A stretch of DNA of 48,569 nucleotides from an uncultured Bacteroidales bacterium (GTDB lineage: Bacteria > Bacteroidota > Bacteroidia > Bacteroidales > Dysgonomonadaceae). A program made the translations under genes and the position numbers. Positions 26,958 to 35,332 of this stretch are shown piece by piece. The stretch spans positions 1 to 48,569 of the forward strand of contig CAXYYA010000028.1 in NCBI GenBank assembly GCA_964293155.1, read 5' to 3'. The notes beneath the pieces were generated by a model. It was not told the origin of the DNA. It worked only from the letters and a program-made list of their open reading frames with translations, and ran no database searches. The stretch's first letter is position 1. Every line of letters begins with the position of its first letter.

Positions 26958-27440
26958 TTATAATAATGATTTTTTCAAAAATTGTAATGCTGCACTCATT
27001 CGTTTTTCTACAGCTTTCACACTTAAGCCCAGACGTTCGGCAATTTCCCAGTATTTCAAGCCCTCAATCCTCGACATTAGAAATACGGCTCGTTGCTTTT
27101 CGTTCAAACTGTTAAGTGCGATTTTATACTTTTCAAGTAACTCTTTGTGACTCAATGTATCTTCTGTCGAAGGCTCGTTACCGTAATAACGGATCGAAGC
27201 TATATAGTTCATTTCCAATACATCACGTCTATATTTACTAACAAACATGTCACCGGCAATTTTATAGAGGAGACGTTTTGCTGTTGTTTTATCTACCTCG
27301 AATTGTTTCTCCCAAAGCCGCATAAAAACCTCCTGTGCTATGTCTGAAGCATCATCCGGCCCCGCACCTCTATAATACAGGTAACCCCGTACCGAATCGA
27401 AGTAGGTATCGAACAAATATTTAAAATCCTCTTTTGTCAA
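26958..27440 (-). CDS. ECF-type RNA polymerase sigma factor (regulon 1)
   Basis: 160 aa. Region 2 DIAQEVFMRLWE. Region 4 HTH LNEKQRAVFLMSRIEGLKYWEIAERLGLSVKAVEKRMS. TTG start, since a stop lies 5 codons upstream. Confidence 0.85.
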   Translation of the reverse strand: MTKEDFKYLFDTYFDSVRGYLYYRGAGPDDASDIAQEVFMRLWEKQFEVDKTTAKRLLYKIAGDMFVSKYRRDVLEMNYIASIRYYGNEPSTEDTLSHKELLEKYKIALNSLNEKQRAVFLMSRIEGLKYWEIAERLGLSVKAVEKRMSAALQFLKKSLL

Positions 27441-27460
27441 AATACAATGTACTTAACTTT

Positions 27461-27493
27461 GTTAGTATCCGAATGAATAAGCAAATACCCTAC
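27461..27493 (-). promoter_or_regulatory. ECF-type promoter motif, regulon 1, site 1 (GTAGGGTATT-N10-TTCGGATA), autoregulatory position
   Basis: The minus strand reads GTAGGGTATTTGCTTATTCATTCGGATAC. The -10-like block lies 26 nt upstream of the sigma start codon. Confidence 0.55.
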
Positions 27494-27708
27494 AATTTTT
27501 ATTATTATTCTTAATAAATTCCCGAAAATTATGAAAAATCAGGCATTTCAGGAAGATACCCATGAGTTTATTTCAACTTTTTTGACGATAAATAAACCGG
27601 CATTTTAAGTGGCACCGTGCTCAGCTATTTTTTCGCTGAATAAGGAATGGGCAATGCCGCAAGAAACGTTAGTGCCCGGTTTTATAATAAACAATATAAA
27701 TAAAGCGC

Positions 27709-28323
27709 TTATTTCACCAAATTCAAACCATCCTTTGCCGATTGATCCGTTGGCGAGATAATGAGAACCGTGTTGAAAAGCCGTTGCGCATCGTTCTTTT
27801 TCCCGAGGAAATATTTTGTCCAGGCGCTCATCAGCGTAGAGTAATAATCGAACGGATACATCTGTTGCACCAAATCGAAATATTTCTCGGCTTCCATAAA
27901 GTTTTTCCGATAATAATAAATGTTTCCCAGCGCGTAATTTACCCGCGAATTCACCTTGTCCAGCAAAAGAATTTTTTTGTAAACCGCTTCCAATTCATCG
28001 GTTTTTTTCTGCGCTTCCAGCGGATAGCACAGGCCGAGCAGCGCTTCAACCGCTTTAGGAGCTATGTCCACCGCTTTTTGGTAAAATTTCTTGCTGCTTT
28101 CGTAATCTTTGGAAAGATAATACAACCAACCCATTCTCAGAAATTTATGATAATCGAATCCATTCAGGCTGTTTAATTCGCTGATGGCTTTCTGGTAATC
28201 GCCTGACGACTCGTACTGATAACTGTTTGCAAAAACCTGCGAAGGATTCACCTGTGCCGATGCGGTAATTAAGCCCGCCGCCAGCAGAAAGGTGAGTACC
28301 GTTTTTTTAATTAAAAGTTCCAT
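27709..28323 (-). CDS. Secreted TPR-repeat protein
   Basis: 204 aa with a signal peptide. Repeated A-x3-Y/F-x2-A-type TPR helices. Its start overlaps the upstream gene by 13 nt. Confidence 0.7.
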   Translation of the reverse strand: MELLIKKTVLTFLLAAGLITASAQVNPSQVFANSYQYESSGDYQKAISELNSLNGFDYHKFLRMGWLYYLSKDYESSKKFYQKAVDIAPKAVEALLGLCYPLEAQKKTDELEAVYKKILLLDKVNSRVNYALGNIYYYRKNFMEAEKYFDLVQQMYPFDYYSTLMSAWTKYFLGKKNDAQRLFNTVLIISPTDQSAKDGLNLVK

Positions 28324-29696
28324 TGTAACGCGAGATTTAAAAGATGATTATTATATTTGTATGTTGTGTAATTGGTTGACGAATAGGCGTATCCTTCCCT
28401 TTGTTGCCATTGATATCCGGCCGATAACATGGTTTTTTTGATAAAATAGGAGAGGGAAGCACCCGCAAGGGCTTTAACGGGATCGTACGTGTCGTAAACT
28501 AAAAATGAGTGCCCGGTAATGTAATTTTGATGATTCCCGATGCTGAACGCCCCATCCAGCCACAGCGATTTGGCTAATTTTACACCCAAATTTTGAGAAA
28601 AAACAACTTGTGTGCCTGTCCAGGCGTTTTGGTTGTAGATGGCTGCAAGAGCGGTTGTTCCGTAAAAATCGAGGTTTCCCAGCGGATAATAAGTGAGCGA
28701 TCCTTTTGCCTGATACTGATGTCCGCCGCCGAAATTGGAATAAGCCACGGCAATTTCGGGCAAGGTGTACGCAGAGCGTTTGTTAAGAAATGCCAGCATG
28801 GAGAAAGCCGAAATCGTGTTTCCGGTTGATGCGGTGTAATATATGGAAGGATAATAAAAACCGCCTCCGCCAGGGCCCCCGCCTCCTCCACCCGGGCCGT
28901 ATCCGCCGGCACGCGTTCCCATAGTGGCAGATGCAACAGCGGTCGTAGTGTACGGGATCGCTTTATCAATCTTTTCGATGTTGTAATACGCGCCGGCAAA
29001 TCCCCAGGTAACGTTATTATCCGAGAAAAAATCAAATCCGGCGATCAATTGATGTTGAGACAATCTCTCTTCTTTTACCAATCCCGTGCTGTTTGACCGC
29101 TGAAACTTGGTGTTATACAGTTGATATCCGAGTTTTAGCTTGGCCTTGTCGGAGAGTTTAAACCCAACGCCCAGCGTAGTGAATACCATATCCTGAAACT
29201 GGTTCAGCGAATCGTAGCCCATAAAATTTGAACGCAGATCGGGTTTGTTGTCGTTCGTAAGATAACCGCCTGAGAGCGCAATAAAATCCATCGCCGAAGG
29301 CGAATATCCGATAGCGGCCTGCGTGTGTGGCGCGAGCGATTTGGCAAGTATATCGGCATTGTTTTTCTGGCCGCTCAGCAGGTAGGCGTAATACAGGCTT
29401 TCCAACAGAGCCGGCTCGGTGGAAGTTTCTGCAAGCGTTTTTTTGTAAAATTCCGCCGCTTTGGCATAATTTTTCAGTTCATAATAAGCAATAGCGGTGC
29501 GGTAATTCAGATAATAAAAATCAATGTTTTGCGCCTGCGCCTGTTTGCTGGTCTCAATCAGATTTTTATAATCCTTTTGCAGGTATTGCTGATAGGTAAT
29601 GCTGTCAATGCGGGTTGCTTCCGGGCTTTGTTGCGCCTGTAGCGCAAACGTCCACATCATCATTACCGTTGCGAATGTTATACCCATTCGATACAT
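28311..29696 (-). CDS. Outer-membrane protein with an N-terminal TPR region and a C-terminal beta-barrel
   Basis: 461 aa with a signal peptide ending ALQAQQ. TPR-like N-terminal ~110 aa. Contains the Gly tract GGYGPGGGGGGPGGGGFYYP. The barrel-like C-terminal part ends in LALQWNF (terminal aromatic residue). Confidence 0.6.
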   Translation of the reverse strand: MYRMGITFATVMMMWTFALQAQQSPEATRIDSITYQQYLQKDYKNLIETSKQAQAQNIDFYYLNYRTAIAYYELKNYAKAAEFYKKTLAETSTEPALLESLYYAYLLSGQKNNADILAKSLAPHTQAAIGYSPSAMDFIALSGGYLTNDNKPDLRSNFMGYDSLNQFQDMVFTTLGVGFKLSDKAKLKLGYQLYNTKFQRSNSTGLVKEERLSQHQLIAGFDFFSDNNVTWGFAGAYYNIEKIDKAIPYTTTAVASATMGTRAGGYGPGGGGGGPGGGGFYYPSIYYTASTGNTISAFSMLAFLNKRSAYTLPEIAVAYSNFGGGHQYQAKGSLTYYPLGNLDFYGTTALAAIYNQNAWTGTQVVFSQNLGVKLAKSLWLDGAFSIGNHQNYITGHSFLVYDTYDPVKALAGASLSYFIKKTMLSAGYQWQQREGYAYSSTNYTTYKYNNHLLNLALQWNF

Positions 29697-31849
29697 AAGA
29701 CATGTTTTTTAGTGTTAATTTCCATTCTGTTTTTTATTACCGTGATAGTTGATTCTTTCACCGGCATTTTTATATTGAACGACTTAGCGTCTATAATGCT
29801 TTGATATACAATTTTTTCAGGATAAAAAATATGATCCGATTCCGTTAATTGCGAACGGTAATTTATGGTTGTGAAAATAACAAAAGGCGCCAAAAAATCC
29901 TGAAACCAACGCGTTCCGAAGGGGTGTTCCTTGGTAAGCGGTATTTTATCGGTAACGGAGATCTCTTTTTCGTTGGACAGCAATAATTTAAAGCAACTAC
30001 GGTAAAACAAATACAACGGCGATGATTTTCTTCCTTCAAAATCGGTAAAATAGAACATGGTGCCATCGTTTTCCACGTACGCCACGGCTTTCGATTTTTC
30101 GCAACGGATGTAGGTTTTGTTGTATTCGTCGGTAGCAATTGTCCAGGGATAATTTTCGTTGTCGTAGGTAACTTTCAGCAACCGGCCCGGTTTGCCTTCG
30201 AAAGCATCTTGCGCCAGCAACGAAGGAACTACGTTGAAGATCGTAGTATCCTGTTTCGGAACCTCGCCGATGTGCAAGAGCGGCTTACCGGCTGTTTTTT
30301 CAAAGAAATAACCCATGGGGTACGCATGTGTTGCCGACCCGATTTCGGGCGACAACTGCACCTGAAAATGAAGGTGCGGCTCCGGCGAACGTCCCGAATT
30401 GCCGCATGCGGCAAGTACGGTTCCTTTTGTTACATAATCGCCGGTTCGCACGTTAAAACTGTCTTTTTTAAGGTGGCTTAGCTGCGAGTATAACCCGTTC
30501 AAATGATTGATAATGATCGTATTTCCCCAATTCTTTTTCGTGTTTACATCATTTATTTCATTGTCTTCGGTAATGTTGCTGATCATGTACACATAACCGT
30601 CGGCCGGAGCCAACACCGGTTTGTTGTAACAGTAAAAATCTTCTTTCTGCGCACACCGGCCGAAACACGTTTTTCCTTCTTCGTCCGTGATCATAAAATC
30701 CAACGCTTTTCCCCATGCGCCCAGGTGGGTTATTGTACCGTTGTAGCCCTGCGTTACACGCCATTCTCCCAAAAAAGGCAATTGCATTTTAAACAGCATG
30801 TTTTGTGCGAAACGCTGCATGTAATTCACGTTTTTATATACCGTTTTCTCGGGATTATAATATTGAATATACGGAAAAATAAAGAACCGGCTAAAGCTGC
30901 GTTGTTTGAGAATGAACAGTACGAGAATGGATAAAAGACTGAATGATAATGTGTAAGAAGACAGCCCGGTATCCGATATCAAACTCTCCACGCTGGCATA
31001 AAACAGAAACAGGGCGGGCGTGAGGCCAATGACCAGTATGTAGCTGTAGATGTTGGGGATGATAAAGAAGCTTCCGATTGCCATTCCCCAGAAAATGTAG
31101 TTAACGCCAGCCAGATCCTGCGTGAGTTCTGCGATATCCACGCCAAGCAATTTACTGATGATAAATGCAAAGAAAAATCCAAAAAATGCTACCGTGGATT
31201 TGATGCGTGAGTGAAAAAGCAATGCAACGGCTATGATGATGCCGACTAACACGCTGTCGGTAAAGAAAATGGATGCCAATGTTTTAAAATAATAAAACAA
31301 CATGGGCGGCAAGTGCGCATTATCGAGTGAGTGGACGAAAGTGTACCACGGTACTTTCATTTGCCCGGCCAACACGATGGTGAAACGGTCGAACGGAATA
31401 ATGTACTCAATGTTCGTGAACGATTTTACCGAAAGATCAACGATGAACAACGTGAAAACAAACGGCAGAGTAAGCACGGGAATATCGTGCTTCGCAAAAA
31501 CCGATTCGAGCCATACCGTGAACATGAATACCAGAATAACCGATAAAACAAAAAGAATAATGAACGAGCCGTTCACGTAAAATTTGTAAACCAGACTCAA
31601 CCCGACAAAAACGGCGTTAAATCCGTACAATCCGCTCTTGATCCTTTTCTTCGAAAATCCGAGCCCGTGCGCGATGATGTTCGTCAGAACCACAGCCGAA
31701 AGTCCGCCCAATCCCAGCCGGATGTCCAGCATGCTAAGCACCAGCAAGATGATCGCTAACCACCTGCTTTGCGAGAAAAATATCATGGCATAGCTGTTCA
31801 GCGTGCCATCGAGATACATCAACGCGTATGATTTGAGACTTTGTTTCAT
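29678..31849 (-). CDS. Polytopic membrane domain (urea-transporter-like, tentative) fused to a C-terminal M23 (LytM/lysostaphin-type) metallopeptidase
   Basis: About 330 aa of TM helices, with N-terminal LNSYAMIFFSQSRW resembling UT-family starts. M23 motifs follow: HLGAWGKALDF and GNSGRSPEPHLHFQV. ATG 31849 is preferred; the track's TTG is at 31870. The stop overlaps the next gene by 19 nt. Confidence 0.65.
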   Translation of the reverse strand: MKQSLKSYALMYLDGTLNSYAMIFFSQSRWLAIILLVLSMLDIRLGLGGLSAVVLTNIIAHGLGFSKKRIKSGLYGFNAVFVGLSLVYKFYVNGSFIILFVLSVILVFMFTVWLESVFAKHDIPVLTLPFVFTLFIVDLSVKSFTNIEYIIPFDRFTIVLAGQMKVPWYTFVHSLDNAHLPPMLFYYFKTLASIFFTDSVLVGIIIAVALLFHSRIKSTVAFFGFFFAFIISKLLGVDIAELTQDLAGVNYIFWGMAIGSFFIIPNIYSYILVIGLTPALFLFYASVESLISDTGLSSYTLSFSLLSILVLFILKQRSFSRFFIFPYIQYYNPEKTVYKNVNYMQRFAQNMLFKMQLPFLGEWRVTQGYNGTITHLGAWGKALDFMITDEEGKTCFGRCAQKEDFYCYNKPVLAPADGYVYMISNITEDNEINDVNTKKNWGNTIIINHLNGLYSQLSHLKKDSFNVRTGDYVTKGTVLAACGNSGRSPEPHLHFQVQLSPEIGSATHAYPMGYFFEKTAGKPLLHIGEVPKQDTTIFNVVPSLLAQDAFEGKPGRLLKVTYDNENYPWTIATDEYNKTYIRCEKSKAVAYVENDGTMFYFTDFEGRKSSPLYLFYRSCFKLLLSNEKEISVTDKIPLTKEHPFGTRWFQDFLAPFVIFTTINYRSQLTESDHIFYPEKIVYQSIIDAKSFNIKMPVKESTITVIKNRMEINTKKHVLCIEWV

Positions 31850-31949
31850 TTGTTTATGATTTCGGGACAAAAAACAAAGACATACGGAACAAGACTTTGC
31901 GTTGCATTATTCAACACCGGCCTGATGACGGTAAATTGCGTTGCTATTT

Positions 31950-33305
31950 TCAAAGTTTAAACCCTTTCAGATGTTCCGGTGTAACCTCCTGTTGTACAAT
32001 GGATTCCACGGTTTCGCTTTTGCGAATAAGATGCACTTTCCCCGTGGTATCAATCATGACCACATTGGGACGTAGCGTAATGAATTGCATCCATTGTGTC
32101 ATGTTGTAAGCGCCCACTTCGTGCACCACCACGCGGTCGTCCTTTTTTAACAGCGGTAAGCTAACGCTTTCGCGCAGGCAGTCAATGTTCATGCAAAGCG
32201 GCCCGTACAGCGCCATTTCTTCGGCATGCTGTGTGAAATCCTGCGCTGGCGATACTTTGTGATTGTACCAAAACGATGTGAACATGATATTTACCCCGAT
32301 ATCGAGCACGGTAGCCCGACGGCCGTTGGCCAGGCGTTTGGTTGCAAGCACGGAACCGAGCAGATAACCCGCTTCGTCAATCAATGCGCGTCCGGTTTCG
32401 AGGATCAGCAAGGGCAATTCATCGGGTTTAAAGCCGAATTGCAAAATGGTTCCGGTGATGGCTTCGGCATAATCGTCGAACGTAGGAATAACATCAGCAC
32501 CTTGCAGATACGAACCTTTGAGTGTGTTGGACGAACAGAATCCGCCACCCATATCAATGTATTTTATCTTTACGCCGGTTTTGTTTGCCGTATTTTGCGC
32601 CAGTTCGCACAGTTTGCGCGCCGCAACGGCATAAGCGTTGGCGGTGAGCATGTAGGTGCCGATGTGGGTGTGTAATCCTTCCAACTGAAGGTTTGGCTGC
32701 GTAATGATCTTCATGATCGCATTCCACGCCTGCCCGCTTTCGTAGTTGAAGCCGAACCTGTCCCACTGCGGATAAACGCCGGTGTCCATATTTACGCGAA
32801 TGGCAACACGCGCTTTTTGTGAAGTTCCTTCCAAAATCTCGATAAGCGAATAGAGCTCGTCGAAATGATCAATGTGGATGAGCGAACGGTTTTCCACGGC
32901 TATTTTCAGGTCATCGGCCGATTTATCAGGGCCGTTGAAAATGATCAGATTGCCCGGAACGCCGTTGCGAAGGGCTTTTTGGTATTCAAAACCCGATACG
33001 ACTTCCGCCCAGCTTCCTTCCTGATGGAAAACGTTGCAAACGGCATCCAGATAGTTGGTTTTGTAGCTCCAGGCGAATTGCACTTTCGGATAGCGCATTT
33101 TAAAGGCTTTTTGTGCTTTTTGATAGGTTTGGCGGATGGTTTTTTCGCTGATTACGAAGAGCGGCGAGCCGTATTCATCCATTAACCCGGCAACTGCCAC
33201 GCCATCAATTTGTTTCACAGGTATGTATTCGGTTCTGCTGCCGAATTTATTCATCAGGTTTGTGTTCAGTTTCTGAATCACAGGACGTTCGTAGGTTGGT
33301 TTCAT
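31950..33305 (-). CDS. PLP-dependent decarboxylase, Orn/DAP/Arg decarboxylase family 2 (LysA-like fold)
   Basis: 451 aa. PLP-lysine context FAWSYKTNY. Also contains DMGGGF and ETGRALI. C-terminal beta-barrel domain. Confidence 0.8.
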   Translation of the reverse strand: MKPTYERPVIQKLNTNLMNKFGSRTEYIPVKQIDGVAVAGLMDEYGSPLFVISEKTIRQTYQKAQKAFKMRYPKVQFAWSYKTNYLDAVCNVFHQEGSWAEVVSGFEYQKALRNGVPGNLIIFNGPDKSADDLKIAVENRSLIHIDHFDELYSLIEILEGTSQKARVAIRVNMDTGVYPQWDRFGFNYESGQAWNAIMKIITQPNLQLEGLHTHIGTYMLTANAYAVAARKLCELAQNTANKTGVKIKYIDMGGGFCSSNTLKGSYLQGADVIPTFDDYAEAITGTILQFGFKPDELPLLILETGRALIDEAGYLLGSVLATKRLANGRRATVLDIGVNIMFTSFWYNHKVSPAQDFTQHAEEMALYGPLCMNIDCLRESVSLPLLKKDDRVVVHEVGAYNMTQWMQFITLRPNVVMIDTTGKVHLIRKSETVESIVQQEVTPEHLKGFKL

Positions 33306-33349
33306 ATTGCCTTTGACCCCTGTAGTGGGATTTATTTAGTTATTATGAG

Positions 33350-33391
33350 CGTCCGACGGCTTGAAGTCCGTCTGACGCATATTTCAGACGG
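33350..33391 (-). promoter_or_regulatory. Three-arm alternative hairpin element between the ATP-grasp and decarboxylase genes
   Basis: Arms are CGTCCGACGG (33350-59), CCGTCTGACG (33368-77) and TCAGACGG (33384-91). The middle arm can pair with the left arm (9 of 10) or the right arm (8 of 8), but not both. The right arm abuts the ATP-grasp stop codon. Confidence 0.4.
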
Positions 33392-34447
33392 TTATCGAGC
33401 ATATTCCCCTGTTGTGGAAATCTGCTGAAATTCCGATATATCCACGATCATATCGTACGCGTAGCGGATAAATATTTTGCCGCTTTCGTACTCCGTGAAT
33501 GGTAGTACATCCTCGCTCAACGCCATTTTCACCAAAGCTTCGGCGTGATTTTGGCCGCAGCCGATAGCAAGGTACATCCAGGCGGGAAAACGGGGATTCA
33601 TTTCCAGCAGATAATATTCGTCTTTTTTTGTTTTGATAAACTCCAGTTCGCAACCGCCTTTCCATCGGCTGTTCTCAATTACGCGACGAGAAATCTCCAT
33701 GAGTTTATCGTCTTCCAACGAAACGCCCGACCATGCTTTTCCCTTGTCCGTGATGTACAATTTTCGCATCGGCACCGCGCCGATGCATCGGCCTTTTCCG
33801 TCGCCGATGGCGGTAACGTTTACTTCCGTTCCGGTTACAAACTCCTGGACGATAATGGGATATCCCCATTTGGCGACGATTTTGTAAAAATAAGAGCTGG
33901 CCTGCTCGTAGTTCGAAGCAATGTAGGCATCGTAGTATCGCCCTTTGATCACCATGGGATAATCGAGGTCATCTTCCAGTTTTTTAATTTCCGAAACCTG
34001 ATTAATGATATGGCTTTCCGGTACTTTTATATCGTATTTTTCGCCGAATTTATTCAGTTCCGATTTGTGGCGCTCTTCAAATTGCTCATGCGATGGCAGG
34101 AAAGTGGCTATCCCAAGCTCCGATTTTAATTCGTGTTGAATTTTGATGAAATTGTGCAATTCGGCATCAAAATTCGGGATGAGCACGTCAATTTTTTCCT
34201 GGCTCACGATGTATTGCAGCCGCTCTTTGAGCATGGCTGAGCCCGCGGTGGGCAAAGGCAGCTGATAGACTTTGTCCACCAATTCGTGCATATAAATTCC
34301 CGGTTCCAGCGTTTCGTACGATAAGCCGACAATGCGCACATCGAACGCCGAACTGTCTTTCAATGCACGAATAACGGGAATTCCCGGCCCGGGGCTGTCA
34401 ATGTTGTTGAGCCCAGTGACCGCTACGGTAATTTTTCGCTTATTCAT
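33392..34447 (-). CDS. ATP-grasp fold carboxylate-amine ligase
   Basis: 351 aa. Pre-ATP-grasp Rossmann-like N-terminus (KITVAVTGLNNIDSPGPG). Central VQEFVTGTEVNVTAIGDG. LLEMNPRFPAW is an E-x-N metal-binding motif. Confidence 0.8.
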   Translation of the reverse strand: MNKRKITVAVTGLNNIDSPGPGIPVIRALKDSSAFDVRIVGLSYETLEPGIYMHELVDKVYQLPLPTAGSAMLKERLQYIVSQEKIDVLIPNFDAELHNFIKIQHELKSELGIATFLPSHEQFEERHKSELNKFGEKYDIKVPESHIINQVSEIKKLEDDLDYPMVIKGRYYDAYIASNYEQASSYFYKIVAKWGYPIIVQEFVTGTEVNVTAIGDGKGRCIGAVPMRKLYITDKGKAWSGVSLEDDKLMEISRRVIENSRWKGGCELEFIKTKKDEYYLLEMNPRFPAWMYLAIGCGQNHAEALVKMALSEDVLPFTEYESGKIFIRYAYDMIVDISEFQQISTTGEYAR

Positions 34448-34685
34448 TTTCGGATAGTTGGTAGCTTTTTAACATATCCAGAAAATCGTTGAGGTCTTTC
34501 TCGGCCGTGTGGGCATCGAGTTCGTATTCATCCTGAAGTGCTTTCAAAACGGTTTCGTTACTTTCACCGTTTTTTAATTGTTGAAGAACGAAAACGCCGG
34601 TTTGGTTTACACTGAAACTGTCGCCTGTAAGTGGATTAAAGATAAATCCGTTTTCGCTGATGGCTATGTTTTTTCTAATGTTCAT
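34440..34685 (-). CDS. PqqD-family protein (peptide-binding RRE-like chaperone)
   Basis: 81 aa of typical PqqD size and pattern (F.NP.TGDSF.VN.TG.FVLQ.L..G ... L....Y.......KDL.DFL..L). Overlaps the ATP-grasp start by 8 nt. Confidence 0.65.
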   Translation of the reverse strand: MNIRKNIAISENGFIFNPLTGDSFSVNQTGVFVLQQLKNGESNETVLKALQDEYELDAHTAEKDLNDFLDMLKSYQLSENE

Positions 34686-34719
34686 AGGACGTATATCTGT
34701 TAATGGGTTATTTCCTATG

Positions 34720-35328
34720 TTACGGTTGTACGATATCGGAGAACTGTGACAAATTTAATACTTTTGGTTGATAATCAATGCCTCTGCGCGATAAATTTCG
34801 TACAAACGCCCGCAAATGGTTCTCCGAAGCGCGCAAGAGGTTGGAATAAATCCGTTGGATATCGGGATTGTCGGTTTTCTGCAAGTGCGATTGCAGGTCT
34901 TCGATATCCTGTTCTTCGATCAACGCTCCGGCTTGCAGCGCCTCGATGAGCGTTGTGCCTTTGGTGAGCTCGGTGTACATTTTCTGTAACTCACGATTGG
35001 TAAACACGCCTTCCGCTTTCGCGAGGTCTTTTAACCCATACGTATCCACAAGCCACATCATGGCGTTCTGGTGCACCGTTTCGCTACGCGAAATATTTCG
35101 GAAGATAGGGATGCTATACTGCCGGGCGTAAAACGTATAAACGTCGTGGGCAAGTTTTTCTTCTTCGCGCATGTACTCAATGCTTTGGATGTCGGCCTTC
35201 GTCAGATTTTGCGTTGAAGCCGGTATTCCCATCGTCTTATTCTGTGTGGTTTTAGCCCCATCGGCAGCTTGGGGCAACAAAAGTATTGCCCCTGCCGCGA
35301 TCAGAATGAATAAATATTTTGTTTTCAT
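34720..35328 (-). CDS. Secreted ferritin-like DUF2202-type protein (copy 2)
   Basis: 202 aa with a signal peptide. Motifs MREEEKLAHDVY, SE..H and a second half LIEEQDIEDL ... SENHLRAF. Confidence 0.6.
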   Translation of the reverse strand: MKTKYLFILIAAGAILLLPQAADGAKTTQNKTMGIPASTQNLTKADIQSIEYMREEEKLAHDVYTFYARQYSIPIFRNISRSETVHQNAMMWLVDTYGLKDLAKAEGVFTNRELQKMYTELTKGTTLIEALQAGALIEEQDIEDLQSHLQKTDNPDIQRIYSNLLRASENHLRAFVRNLSRRGIDYQPKVLNLSQFSDIVQP

Positions 35329-35332
35329 TTTT

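Noticed and set aside
27531-27608. 25-codon plus-strand ORF (MKNQAFQEDTHEFISTFLTINKPAF) and a 32-codon minus-strand ORF in the 268-bp spacer, considered as possible precursor peptides
   Set aside because: They have no recognisable leader or core features and no coupling to the PqqD block, and one overlaps the ECF promoter motif. The evidence is insufficient to call either.
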